DNA of 64,000 nucleotides from Candidatus Hydrogenedentota bacterium (lineage in GTDB: Bacteria; Hydrogenedentota; Hydrogenedentia; Hydrogenedentales; JAEUWI01), in NCBI GenBank assembly GCA_034669905.1, contig JAXMOL010000007.1, positions 96,001 through 160,000 of the forward strand, given 5' to 3'. The stretch's first letter is position 1, and each line of letters starts with the position of its first letter. A program made the translations under genes and the position numbers. The notes under the pieces were generated by a model. The model was given only the letters and a program-made list of their open reading frames with translations, was not told the origin of the DNA and did no database searches. Positions 56,025 to 64,000 of the stretch are shown here, piece after piece.

Positions 56025-57209
56025 GTGGCCGTCTTGTCTAAACGACACGAAATTCTCAACGCTGCCTTGCGCGTCTTTCTCGATCTCAGTTGTATCGTGG
56101 GCGTGTACTGCGCCACCGTGTGGCTTGTGATTGGCGAAGAGACCGGTTACGTGCACCAGCTTCAAAACGGTTTGCCCTATGTGGAAGCCATGGTCGTGGT
56201 CTGGTTTCTCGTCGCCGCCGATCAGCGCTTGTTCTTGTCCCGCCGGAGTGAAGCCCTGGTGGCCTTGCTCTTCTCGGTTGCCAAGGCCTTTTTTACCGCG
56301 TTCTTGTTTACCGTATTCATTGTGGCCCTGTTTCTTCAGGAAGATCTTAACCGTACCTTCCTCTTCCTCTTCGGTTTCTTTGTGCTCTTTGGACTGTTAG
56401 CATTTCGCTTGATCCTCGGTCTGAGCCTGTGGAATCTGCGCCGACGTGGCTTTAACTCCCGTCGCATCCTGATTATCGGGAGCAACGAACGGACCCAAAA
56501 ACTCGTGGGTATCCTCCATGCCAACGAGCACTACGGCTACCACGTGGAGGGCTTCCTGGAACATGACCAAGACCGGCGTCACCATCTGGAGTCCCTCGAT
56601 GTACCCTACCTGGGCGACATTGAAGAATTGGACAAAGTGCTGATCAACCGGGTGATCGACGCGGTCTACATCGCGCTGCCCGTCCGCTCCCACTATGAAA
56701 TGATCCAAAGCGCGGCCCACCTCTGCGAAGGGGTTGGCGTTTCGGTCCGATTCATGGCCGATCTCTTTCCCCTGCGAATGGCAACGAGTGATTTGTCCCG
56801 CGTCGGCGATGTGCCACTCCTGACCCTCTCCACCGAGTCCGAAGTGCAGCCGCCTTTCGCCCTTCACCGGGCCATCGACATGGGGGTGTCCCTGCTGTTG
56901 CTGGTTTTTCTTTCACCGATTTGTCTCCTGGTGGCACTCGCCATTAAAATTGATTCACGGGGACCGGTGTTAGTGCGTCGTCCCCGTCTGGGTCCGGGAG
57001 GTCATGCCTTCCAGGATATTGTATTTCGCACGACCGTCGGGGCATCATGGGGGGATAGCGATGCCACGCTGACGCGGGTGGGGAGAATCCTGCGCCGCTA
57101 CGGCATCGACGAATTGCCCCAATTGCTAAATGTATTATCCGGTGACATCAGCCTTGCAGGCCCCACGCACTCCGGTGCCCAGGGTGGCAAGGTGGATAGC
57201 CCGGTCTGA
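56025..57209 (+). CDS. WcaJ/CpsE-like sugar transferase paralog with degenerate, C-terminally truncated catalytic domain
   Basis: Four TM plus CoA-binding-like domain (RILIIG), then IKIDSRGP and IDELPQLLNVL.GD.SL.GP, followed by an early stop. Confidence 0.8.
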   Translation: MAVLSKRHEILNAALRVFLDLSCIVGVYCATVWLVIGEETGYVHQLQNGLPYVEAMVVVWFLVAADQRLFLSRRSEALVALLFSVAKAFFTAFLFTVFIVALFLQEDLNRTFLFLFGFFVLFGLLAFRLILGLSLWNLRRRGFNSRRILIIGSNERTQKLVGILHANEHYGYHVEGFLEHDQDRRHHLESLDVPYLGDIEELDKVLINRVIDAVYIALPVRSHYEMIQSAAHLCEGVGVSVRFMADLFPLRMATSDLSRVGDVPLLTLSTESEVQPPFALHRAIDMGVSLLLLVFLSPICLLVALAIKIDSRGPVLVRRPRLGPGGHAFQDIVFRTTVGASWGDSDATLTRVGRILRRYGIDELPQLLNVLSGDISLAGPTHSGAQGGKVDSPV

Positions 57210-57302
57210 TACGGCGTGGGGCGCGCAGATGCGTTCCAGAAAGGGCATTGGGGCGGGGCCCACAACGTGTAGTACAGGGATTTGAGGAGACCATACGGGC
57301 CT

Positions 57303-58757
57303 GTGTCTGAGAGTAAACCAAGAAAAAGGGTCGTGCCGCCATTCGTACTGGCGCTACTGGACACCTGCTGCATTGTAGGCGCTTTCGCTACGGCCATACA
57401 CTGGTCCACGGAGCTCTACGAGCCGCTCCTGCCCGCCGTCAAATCGAACCTGCTCTACCTCCTCGTCGTTATTCTCGTCTGGTTTGCCGCCGCCCTGGAG
57501 CGCCATTTGTGGAGCCCCACCCGGCGACAGGATGTGGTGCACTACCTGGCCACGGTGACCAAGGCCGTCGGCGACGCCTGTGTCTTTTGTGTATTCGTCA
57601 TGGTCCTTTTCACCCGTAGTGGCGTGAACGAAGAGGGTCAAAGCTACGGCGGCCTGGACCATACCTTTCTCGTCGTTTTTTGCGCAACCACCCTCATCTA
57701 TTTGCTGGTGTTCCGTCTCAGCCTACGGCTGATTGTACGAGAGCTTCGCAACCTCGGTATTAATACCCATCGGGTCCTTATCGTGGGGGCCAACGAGCGC
57801 ACCGTCCACTTGATTCAGGTGTTGAAGATGCAAACGGGTCTCGGGTATACCCTCGAAGGTGTACTGGACGATGAAGCCGGTCGCTGTGAGGAAACCGATG
57901 CAACCGGCGTACCCTATCAGGGAAAGATCGCTACACTGAAGGATCGGCTTGTACAGGGTGAAATCGACGAGGTCTACATCAGCCTTCCGGTTCGCTCGCG
58001 CTATGAAGAGATCCAGGAAATCGCCCACCTCTGTGAAGGTGCGGGCGTGCCCGTCCATCTGGTCGCCGATCTGTTTCCCATGCGAGTCGCCACGAGCCGC
58101 CTGATGCACCTGGAAGATATTCCCCTGCTGAACCTCTCGACCATTCCCGAGGCGCACGGGAAGGTCTTTATGAAGCGGGCAATGGATTTCGTGGGGTCGA
58201 CACTCCTGTTGATTGCACTCGCTGTTCCCCTGACCGTCCTTGCCATCCTCGTGAAGCTGGATTCCAAAGGGCCCGTCTTCTTCCTCCAGGAACGGGTCGG
58301 ACAGAACCAACGCCGCTTCAAGATGATCAAGTTTCGTTCCATGATTGTGAATGCCGAAGAGGTTCAGGCGGCGCTCCTCGATCAAAATGAAATGGACGGT
58401 CCGGTCTTCAAAATAAAGAACGATCCCCGCATTACCCGGCTGGGTCGCTTTATCCGGAAGTACAGTCTGGATGAGTTTCCCCAACTCTTCAATGTCTGGC
58501 GCGGTGAAATGAGTCTGGTGGGCCCACGGCCCCCCATTCCTTCGGAGGTGGAGCAATACACCTGGAGCCAGCGACGTCGCCTGAGCATTAAGCCCGGCAT
58601 GACCGGCTCCTGGCAGGTCAGTGGCCGCAATGAGGTGGGCTTTGAGGAGTGGGTCGAGATGGATCTGGACTATATCGATTCCTGGTCCATTGGTCTTGAT
58701 ATTCTGATCCTGCTCAAGACCTTTCGGGCGGTCGTAGCGGGCCGCGGCGCCTCGTAG
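57303..58757 (+). CDS. Exopolysaccharide biosynthesis polyprenyl glycosylphosphotransferase (WcaJ/CpsE-like)
   Basis: [68 protein letters not shown] 57303 downstream of gaggag. Confidence 0.93.
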   Translation: MSESKPRKRVVPPFVLALLDTCCIVGAFATAIHWSTELYEPLLPAVKSNLLYLLVVILVWFAAALERHLWSPTRRQDVVHYLATVTKAVGDACVFCVFVMVLFTRSGVNEEGQSYGGLDHTFLVVFCATTLIYLLVFRLSLRLIVRELRNLGINTHRVLIVGANERTVHLIQVLKMQTGLGYTLEGVLDDEAGRCEETDATGVPYQGKIATLKDRLVQGEIDEVYISLPVRSRYEEIQEIAHLCEGAGVPVHLVADLFPMRVATSRLMHLEDIPLLNLSTIPEAHGKVFMKRAMDFVGSTLLLIALAVPLTVLAILVKLDSKGPVFFLQERVGQNQRRFKMIKFRSMIVNAEEVQAALLDQNEMDGPVFKIKNDPRITRLGRFIRKYSLDEFPQLFNVWRGEMSLVGPRPPIPSEVEQYTWSQRRRLSIKPGMTGSWQVSGRNEVGFEEWVEMDLDYIDSWSIGLDILILLKTFRAVVAGRGAS

Positions 58758-59124
58758 CTACCGACTGGGCTTTCGGGTCGGCGCGCACGTGCGGCAGCTC
58801 TTCGACGTGTTATTCCCCCTTCGGGCCGCGTCTGTCATGACGTGGGAAACCGGCACTTGTGCACGGGGCATTTCGTCTGGCAGGATTAGGTAGCTAAGAG
58901 CGCTATACCCGCCAAAATGGGCAAGAACACGTTGGGGTAGCAGGTGCTAATTTCGGGGCGTACGAAGGCAGACCCGTTGGGGTGCGGAAGCGCACTGACG
59001 CGGGCGTGGCGGCAGCGAGATGAAATCGGCGAAAGGCACCGGCGACAGCGGGTTGCCCTCTCCGGGGTTGTATACTCCGACGGGTAGTGTGCTATGGTTT
59101 TATCGCATCACGAGGAGTGTATAC

Positions 59125-60969
59125 GTGTATCAAATTACCGCGAAATCGGGCAATTCCAAGGGGACTTCCTGGGTTGTGGAGCACGCACCTCTTGTCTTCG
59201 GGCGGGATATGAATTGCGATATCAAGGTGAGTGATCCGCTCGTTTCCAGGCGCCATTGTGAAGTGGCGCTGGCGGATGGAAAAGTAACCCTTCGGGATCT
59301 GGGTAGCAGCAATGCCACATTCGTCAATGGCGAGCCCATCTCAGAGGCGGATCTGGCCGCTGGCGATGAAGTGGCCGTCGGAAGTGCTGTTTTTCTGGTC
59401 ACGCGGGTCCGTGAAGTTGGTACCCAGACACCGCCGCCCTCCCAGGGGAATTCGCCCACTTCTTCCCTGATCATCGGCGAGCCGGTCTATATGAAACGGG
59501 ATAGCGAGACCTTGTTCTCTCAGGCCCGCCCCCGCACGGGGGAGGATCTGGCCGATCTGTTCACACTCAGTCGCGCCCTGAGTGAGGCAAGTACGACCTC
59601 GGGATTGATCACGGCATTAATCCAGCGGGTCGCGGAACGCTTTGAGCCCGAAGCGGTATGCGTCGCCCTCCATCATGCGACGGACGGTACGATGACCTGC
59701 TTCCCCCCCGGCAGCGAAAACAACTTTTTGTCCAAGACGTCTCCAGCGGAGATGGTAAACACCGTATCCACCCGGCAGCGTGGGATGCTGATACCAGAGA
59801 GTTGTCGGAGCCAGGGCGAGGCCGGTATGCGGACCACCGCTGCCGCGCCCATAATTCTGGGAAATGATGTTATCGGGGCATTGCTCGTGCAGGCGACTTC
59901 CCCGGCAAAGATCTATGATGAGACCGACCTCGAATTCCTCATGGCCCAGGCCCTGACTACGGCACCGTATTTCCGCGCAATCGAACGGATGGAACTACTG
60001 GAGCGAGAAAACCGACGCCTGGTGACCAGCGCGGCCGAAGGGCTGGCCATTATTGGCAAGAGTGACGTTATTAACAGGGTCCGTACCCTGGCAAAAGACT
60101 GCGCCCGCTCCGATATGAATGCGCTGATTCTCGGCGAGACGGGAACCGGAAAAGAGCTGGTGGTCAGCATGATTCACCGCCTGTCTGATCGCTCCGACCA
60201 TCCCCTGACCATCATTAACTGTGCCGCCATTCCGGCGGAATTGTTGGAAAGTGAATTGTTCGGGTATGAACGTGGTGCCTTCACCGGTGCCCATGGGCAA
60301 AAGAAGGGCACCTTCGAAGAGAGCGATGGCGGTACCCTGTTCCTCGACGAACTTTGCGATCTGAGCCTGCCCAATCAGGCACGCCTTCTGCGCGTGATTG
60401 AGACCGGCGTGTTTCGACGTCTCGGCGGTCAGGCAGACATTACCGTGAACGTGCGGGTGATTGCCGCAACCAATAAGTCCATTTCCGACGAAGTAGATGC
60501 AGGGCGTTTCCGACGGGACCTGTATCACCGGCTCAATACCTTCGAGATCGTGATACCGCCCCTCCGAGAGCGGCGTTCCGACATTGCTGTTCTGGCGGAG
60601 CACTTTCATCGCGTGGCGCAAGAGCGCCTGGGCTATCGCACCATGGGTTTTTCTGCGGAAGCCATCGAATACCTCAACAATCAGCCGTGGCCGGGCAACG
60701 TCCGGGAGCTGCGCAACGTGGTCGAGCGTGCCATGGTGGTCGCGCCTTATGATGCGATTCGACCAGAAGACCTGCAGCGAGATGTGGTGTACCGGGCCGA
60801 ACGCAAGACCGACACCGAGCCCATACTCACGTTGGCGGAAATGGAAAAGCGCCAGATCATCAAGGCGCTGAACCGCCATGACGGTAATGTGAAGGCGGCT
60901 GCAGAGACCTTGGATATCGGACGAAGCACCCTCTATCGCAAAATTGGCGAGTACGATCTGCCCAGTTAA
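59125..60969 (+). CDS. Sigma54-dependent enhancer-binding protein, FHA-GAF-AAA+-Fis HTH
   Basis: FHA FGRD...VSRRH...DLGSSN.TFVNG; GAF APIILG..VIGAL; GETGTGKE, ESELFGYERGAFTGA, LFLDE, FRRDLYHRL, WPGNVREL.N; AAE.LDIGRSTLYRK; GTG 59125 has gaggag RBS. Confidence 0.95.
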   Translation: MYQITAKSGNSKGTSWVVEHAPLVFGRDMNCDIKVSDPLVSRRHCEVALADGKVTLRDLGSSNATFVNGEPISEADLAAGDEVAVGSAVFLVTRVREVGTQTPPPSQGNSPTSSLIIGEPVYMKRDSETLFSQARPRTGEDLADLFTLSRALSEASTTSGLITALIQRVAERFEPEAVCVALHHATDGTMTCFPPGSENNFLSKTSPAEMVNTVSTRQRGMLIPESCRSQGEAGMRTTAAAPIILGNDVIGALLVQATSPAKIYDETDLEFLMAQALTTAPYFRAIERMELLERENRRLVTSAAEGLAIIGKSDVINRVRTLAKDCARSDMNALILGETGTGKELVVSMIHRLSDRSDHPLTIINCAAIPAELLESELFGYERGAFTGAHGQKKGTFEESDGGTLFLDELCDLSLPNQARLLRVIETGVFRRLGGQADITVNVRVIAATNKSISDEVDAGRFRRDLYHRLNTFEIVIPPLRERRSDIAVLAEHFHRVAQERLGYRTMGFSAEAIEYLNNQPWPGNVRELRNVVERAMVVAPYDAIRPEDLQRDVVYRAERKTDTEPILTLAEMEKRQIIKALNRHDGNVKAAAETLDIGRSTLYRKIGEYDLPS

Positions 60970-61237
60970 TGGTCACTTTCCATGGGCGGAGGGGGCTTCC
61001 CCTGCAAGCATTTTCCCTGGCTGGGCGTTTTCGGACGTGGCGGCAAAAAAAGATGTGGTGTCGAAAAAATTCGTAAGTCATTTTATATCAGTGGTTTGTC
61101 GGGTGTTTTCGCTTACGTGCCGGTTTTCAGCATCTTTCCAAGAAGTAGGGGCCTTCGACAAGGTAGGTGCCCAATTCTTGACGATGGGGCCCCCCTTCCC
61201 CTGCGCGCCCCGTGCCTTTCGGCTTTTCTGCGGGACT

Positions 61238-61276
61238 TTTCTCAAAATGAGAACGCATCTGTCTCGAATCGGATTT
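61238..61276. promoter_or_regulatory. Putative upstream activator sequences for a sigma54 activator
   Basis: Palindrome TTCTCA-AAA-TGAGAA (61239-61253) and a degenerate copy TGTCTCG-AAT-CGGATTT 22 bp downstream. Confidence 0.55.
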
Positions 61277-61348
61277 CGCCCCCTCCCCCGTTACCGATAA
61301 CCTGAGGGACTTTCGGCCTTCCTTCTCAAAAAGTACGCGATAGCGTAC

Positions 61349-61365
61349 TTGGCATCCTAATTGCA
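61349..61365 (+). promoter_or_regulatory. Sigma54 (-24/-12) promoter
   Basis: TTGGCATCCTAATTGCA matches YTGGCAC-N5-TTGCW with the exact GG-N10-GC spacing. Confidence 0.85.
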
Positions 61366-61466
61366 TAGGCTCTATCAGGTCCACAGTAGGCTGGTGTGTC
61401 AGCAGAAGTCTGTGGATCTGAGAGACTTTCCCATCCCGGGAGGGGCGTAGTCAGGAGTTCCCCAGT

Positions 61467-61643
61467 ATGTTTACCATCGAGTCAGAAAAACCCAGTGATG
61501 AGTACACGACCTCGCGTATGAAAAAATGGTACATGGTCCAGTTCAAAGGCTATGAGGTCGTGGATGAGCGCGAGGTGCCCAAAGTGACCTCCCAGGGACG
61601 GTTGACCTATGAGTGTCGTTGGTATCTCCGCCAGGTATCGTGA
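61467..61643 (+). CDS. Small hypothetical protein (58 aa), absent from the ORF track
   Basis: MFTIESEKPSDEYTTSRMKKWYMVQFKGYEVVDEREVPKVTSQGRLTYECRWYLRQVS; AGGAG at 61453-61457; G/C-rich third codon positions; lies downstream of the sigma54 promoter. Confidence 0.75.
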   Translation: MFTIESEKPSDEYTTSRMKKWYMVQFKGYEVVDEREVPKVTSQGRLTYECRWYLRQVS

Positions 61644-61693
61644 GGCGCACCGCCGATTAACCCGTCTTCACTGCGCAGGGTCAGGCGCACCCC

Positions 61694-64000
61694 TCAGTCG
61701 GCGGGGGGGAGTGCGGCCATCTCCGCGCGCAGCCGCGCCCGTCCTTCGTCGCTCAGGCCTTCGGATTGCAGCAGTGTGTCATACTTGGCACGGGCCTCTG
61801 CGTTGCGCCCGGATTGGGCCAGTGCTTTCGCCAGGGCCCACTGGGTGTCTACGTGCTGGGGGAAACTGATTTCACTCGCTTCGAGCAGCGTCACCGCCTC
61901 CTTTACCCGCCCCGTTCGAATCATGGTGTCGGCCCAGTGAACCGCGGTGATGGCCTTGCGCTCGTCCGCGAGGCACACGTGGGCAACCTGAAAAAGTCGG
62001 TCGGCCACGCCATATTCCTGGATACCCGCCGAAACGATGCCCAGATTCAGCGCACTTTCACAGGGCGCATTACCGGCATCGGCAGCCCCCTGATAGGTTT
62101 CATGCAGCATCCGCGCGGCCCAGCCGTAGACTTCCTGGGGTTTCAGCGGGTTATCCACAGGGTGGGTACGTACGCCTGCAAGCAAAACCCGGCTGGCCTG
62201 ATCGAGCTGCTCCACACCACCGGTCAATACGGCGTGTACGGCCGCGACCTGGGGGAGGGGCTCGATGTCCAAGCCAGCCAGCGTGTCACAGACCGCCAGA
62301 ATGGTTTCTTTTAACCGGGGTACCTGGTTCTGCTCGTAGGCGAAGCCGGCAAAACGACTCCAGGTCGCCGGACGCATGGGGCCTGCATTCAAGGAGGCGA
62401 CGTAGGCATCCCCTGCACTGGTGACGTCCTGATAGCCTTCAAGGTGTACGGTGGCAAGCCAATCGAATGCGATGGCCAACCCTTCATCGGCACCCGTGTC
62501 GTCGCCACTCCGCTGGGCGAGCTGGAGTTCGTCAATCATACGATAGAGGGCGTCCCGCATGGGGCCGAAGTCGCCGCTTTCCCGGGCGAAGGTCAGGAAG
62601 AGTTCCCAGGAGCGGTTGTCCCGTCCCTGATCGGCCTGCACCGCACCGAGGAGCGCCCGCTCAGTGGCCGCCGGGTCGCCGAGACTGGATTCAATACGGG
62701 CAATCATACGGTAGAGATCGCCGGCATTCTCAGCACCATGATCGATGGCCTGTTTCAGGTAGTTCCGCGCTTCCAACCAATGGGCATTCGCGACCGCCGG
62801 ATCGGCGTTGGGGGTAAAGCTCCGCTCAATGATAGCGGCAATGGATTCGACCCGCCCAAGCGTTTCTTCGGCAATAGGGAAGCGGGGCGCGGCTTCCAGG
62901 ACGTGTTGGGCATGCATCCGCGCTTCGTCCAGATAGCCCTTGGCTTCCGTAGCCCCGGCCGCCCCTTGCTGCATGGCCTGCTGGGCGAGGAGAAGGCTGG
63001 CCCGGGCCATGGGAAGGCGGGTCAGCAGGTAGTAGGGGTTCTGCTCCAGGGAACGGTTGAAATGGGGACGGCTTTCGCCGAGTTTGCCCTCATCTACGAG
63101 GGTCATGCCAATACGCCGTGAGGCGTGCCAGTTCCAGGGGGCAGCTGCTTCCGCGCGGGCGTAGGCTTCCCGTGCCGTGGCCAGCTCCCCGTCGGCGTGG
63201 GCCCGCATGCCCGTGTAGAAATGATATTCGCCCGCGAAGTCTTTGGTTATCTGTCGGGTGCTTAGTACCAGCAGCAGGATGAAGGCCACGCGGGCACCAT
63301 GGCGCTGCCACGCCGGAGCCTGCTTTTCTGCGGCCGCTTCCGATGCCCAGAGCCCGTCCAGTATTCCCAGTAACAAGAAGAAGACGGCCGCCGTTACGGG
63401 AACCCGCAGGTTAAACCCGAAGAGTCCGTCGATAGCAAAGGCGGTAAAGAGGGCCGCCAGGGTGAAGCCCATGCGGCGTTGCCCGGGGGTGCTGTTTCGT
63501 GCGACGTAGAGGAGGCTGTAGCTGATACCCAGCAACAGGGTGGCCAGGTAGAGGCCGGCGGCCGCAAGCCCGCCGTCGATACCCATCTCGATGAGGTCAT
63601 TGTGGACGTGGCCATTCATCCGTATTTCCTGGGCGAACCAATCCTGTTCGAAGGGCGTCCAATAGGGGGCATAGGCCAGTCCGTAGACCGCCGGCCCATG
63701 GCCCAGCAGGGGCGCGTCCAGCAGCATGTTGGTGGCACTGACGTAAGATTGATAGCGGAGGAGGAGGGAGAGGTCCAGGGGAAAGGCGTAGCCGGTTCGG
63801 GTGTAGGTCCAATACATGGCGCCTGCCAGGGCGGTTATTCCCAGCACGGCCACGAGGGATACGGTCGTCACCACGGCGCCCGTGGGGCGTTTCGGGTGGC
63901 GAAGCAGGGCATAGCCCACGGCGACCAGCACCGCGGCGCCGGCCAGGGCAATCCAACCGGCCCGTTGATCGGTGCGGTAAAGATGAAACAAGAGGAAGGG
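61694..64000 (-). CDS. O-antigen ligase (Wzy_C) family protein with extended TPR region, 5' end outside the window
   Basis: TDQRAGW, PLLGHGP, HVHNDLIE.G.DGG, DGLFGFNLRVP, then many TPR-like helices; frame is open to the window edge. Confidence 0.88.
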   Translation of the reverse strand, partial: PFLLFHLYRTDQRAGWIALAGAAVLVAVGYALLRHPKRPTGAVVTTVSLVAVLGITALAGAMYWTYTRTGYAFPLDLSLLLRYQSYVSATNMLLDAPLLGHGPAVYGLAYAPYWTPFEQDWFAQEIRMNGHVHNDLIEMGIDGGLAAAGLYLATLLLGISYSLLYVARNSTPGQRRMGFTLAALFTAFAIDGLFGFNLRVPVTAAVFFLLLGILDGLWASEAAAEKQAPAWQRHGARVAFILLLVLSTRQITKDFAGEYHFYTGMRAHADGELATAREAYARAEAAAPWNWHASRRIGMTLVDEGKLGESRPHFNRSLEQNPYYLLTRLPMARASLLLAQQAMQQGAAGATEAKGYLDEARMHAQHVLEAAPRFPIAEETLGRVESIAAIIERSFTPNADPAVANAHWLEARNYLKQAIDHGAENAGDLYRMIARIESSLGDPAATERALLGAVQADQGRDNRSWELFLTFARESGDFGPMRDALYRMIDELQLAQRSGDDTGADEGLAIAFDWLATVHLEGYQDVTSAGDAYVASLNAGPMRPATWSRFAGFAYEQNQVPRLKETILAVCDTLAGLDIEPLPQVAAVHAVLTGGVEQLDQASRVLLAGVRTHPVDNPLKPQEVYGWAARMLHETYQGAADAGNAPCESALNLGIVSAGIQEYGVADRLFQVAHVCLADERKAITAVHWADTMIRTGRVKEAVTLLEASEISFPQHVDTQWALAKALAQSGRNAEARAKYDTLLQSEGLSDEGRARLRAEMAALPPAD

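Noticed and set aside
57150..57290. Frameshift restoring the C-terminus of the first WcaJ-like gene
   Set aside because: No PRP, KPGxTG or DLxYI motif in the alternative frames, and too little space before the next gene
58758..59124. 367-bp intergenic region as a possible ncRNA or riboswitch
   Set aside because: Only short hairpins; no tRNA, SRP, T-box or riboswitch motif I can recognise
61086..61098. IHF-like site TATCAGTGGTTTG
   Set aside because: One mismatch to WATCAANNNNTTR and located upstream of, not between, the enhancer-like sites and the sigma54 promoter; weak support
60944..61384. ORFs of 85-118 aa downstream of the sigma54 activator
   Set aside because: No RBS, atypical composition, and they overlap the regulatory elements

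Overview
Bacterial, GC-rich (roughly 60% by eye) chromosomal window with no rRNA, tRNA, CRISPR array or recognisable transposase/integrase. The gene content (DUF1501, DUF4838, LamG and BNR proteins, FHA-bearing sigma54 activator) suggests a PVC-like or Hydrogenedentota-like organism; this is inference only. Left (1-6.6 kb): secreted putative glycan-degrading proteins separated by intergenic inverted arrays of 9-bp units and a REP/dRS3-like palindrome. Centre (7.9-40.4 kb): a large Wzx/Wzy-dependent surface polysaccharide locus on the minus strand (Wzz-like copolymerase, WbpA-like dehydrogenase, carbamoyltransferase with SxtK/SxtJ-like small membrane proteins and SGNH-LamG proteins, wzx, wzy, methyltransferase, GT4s, bi-domain oxidoreductase, heparinase II/III, 4,6-dehydratase/4-reductase, phosphoglycosyl transferase, wecB, wecC, O-antigen-ligase/TPR protein), with a divergent wecA-like gene. 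Right (40.4-64 kb): eda, sialidase-like and PIG-L proteins, a diguanylate cyclase, phosphoesterase, tpx, ftsY, cysS, an ECF sigma/anti-sigma/periplasmic protein/uppP cluster, a tandem pair of WcaJ-like transferases (the first catalytically truncated), an FHA-GAF sigma54 activator and a second ligase/TPR protein. The most striking unannotated signal is a near-consensus sigma54 promoter with phased palindromic enhancer-like sites directly downstream of the activator, apparently driving a 58-aa ORF that is missing from the ORF track. All family assignments come from motif recognition, not database searches.
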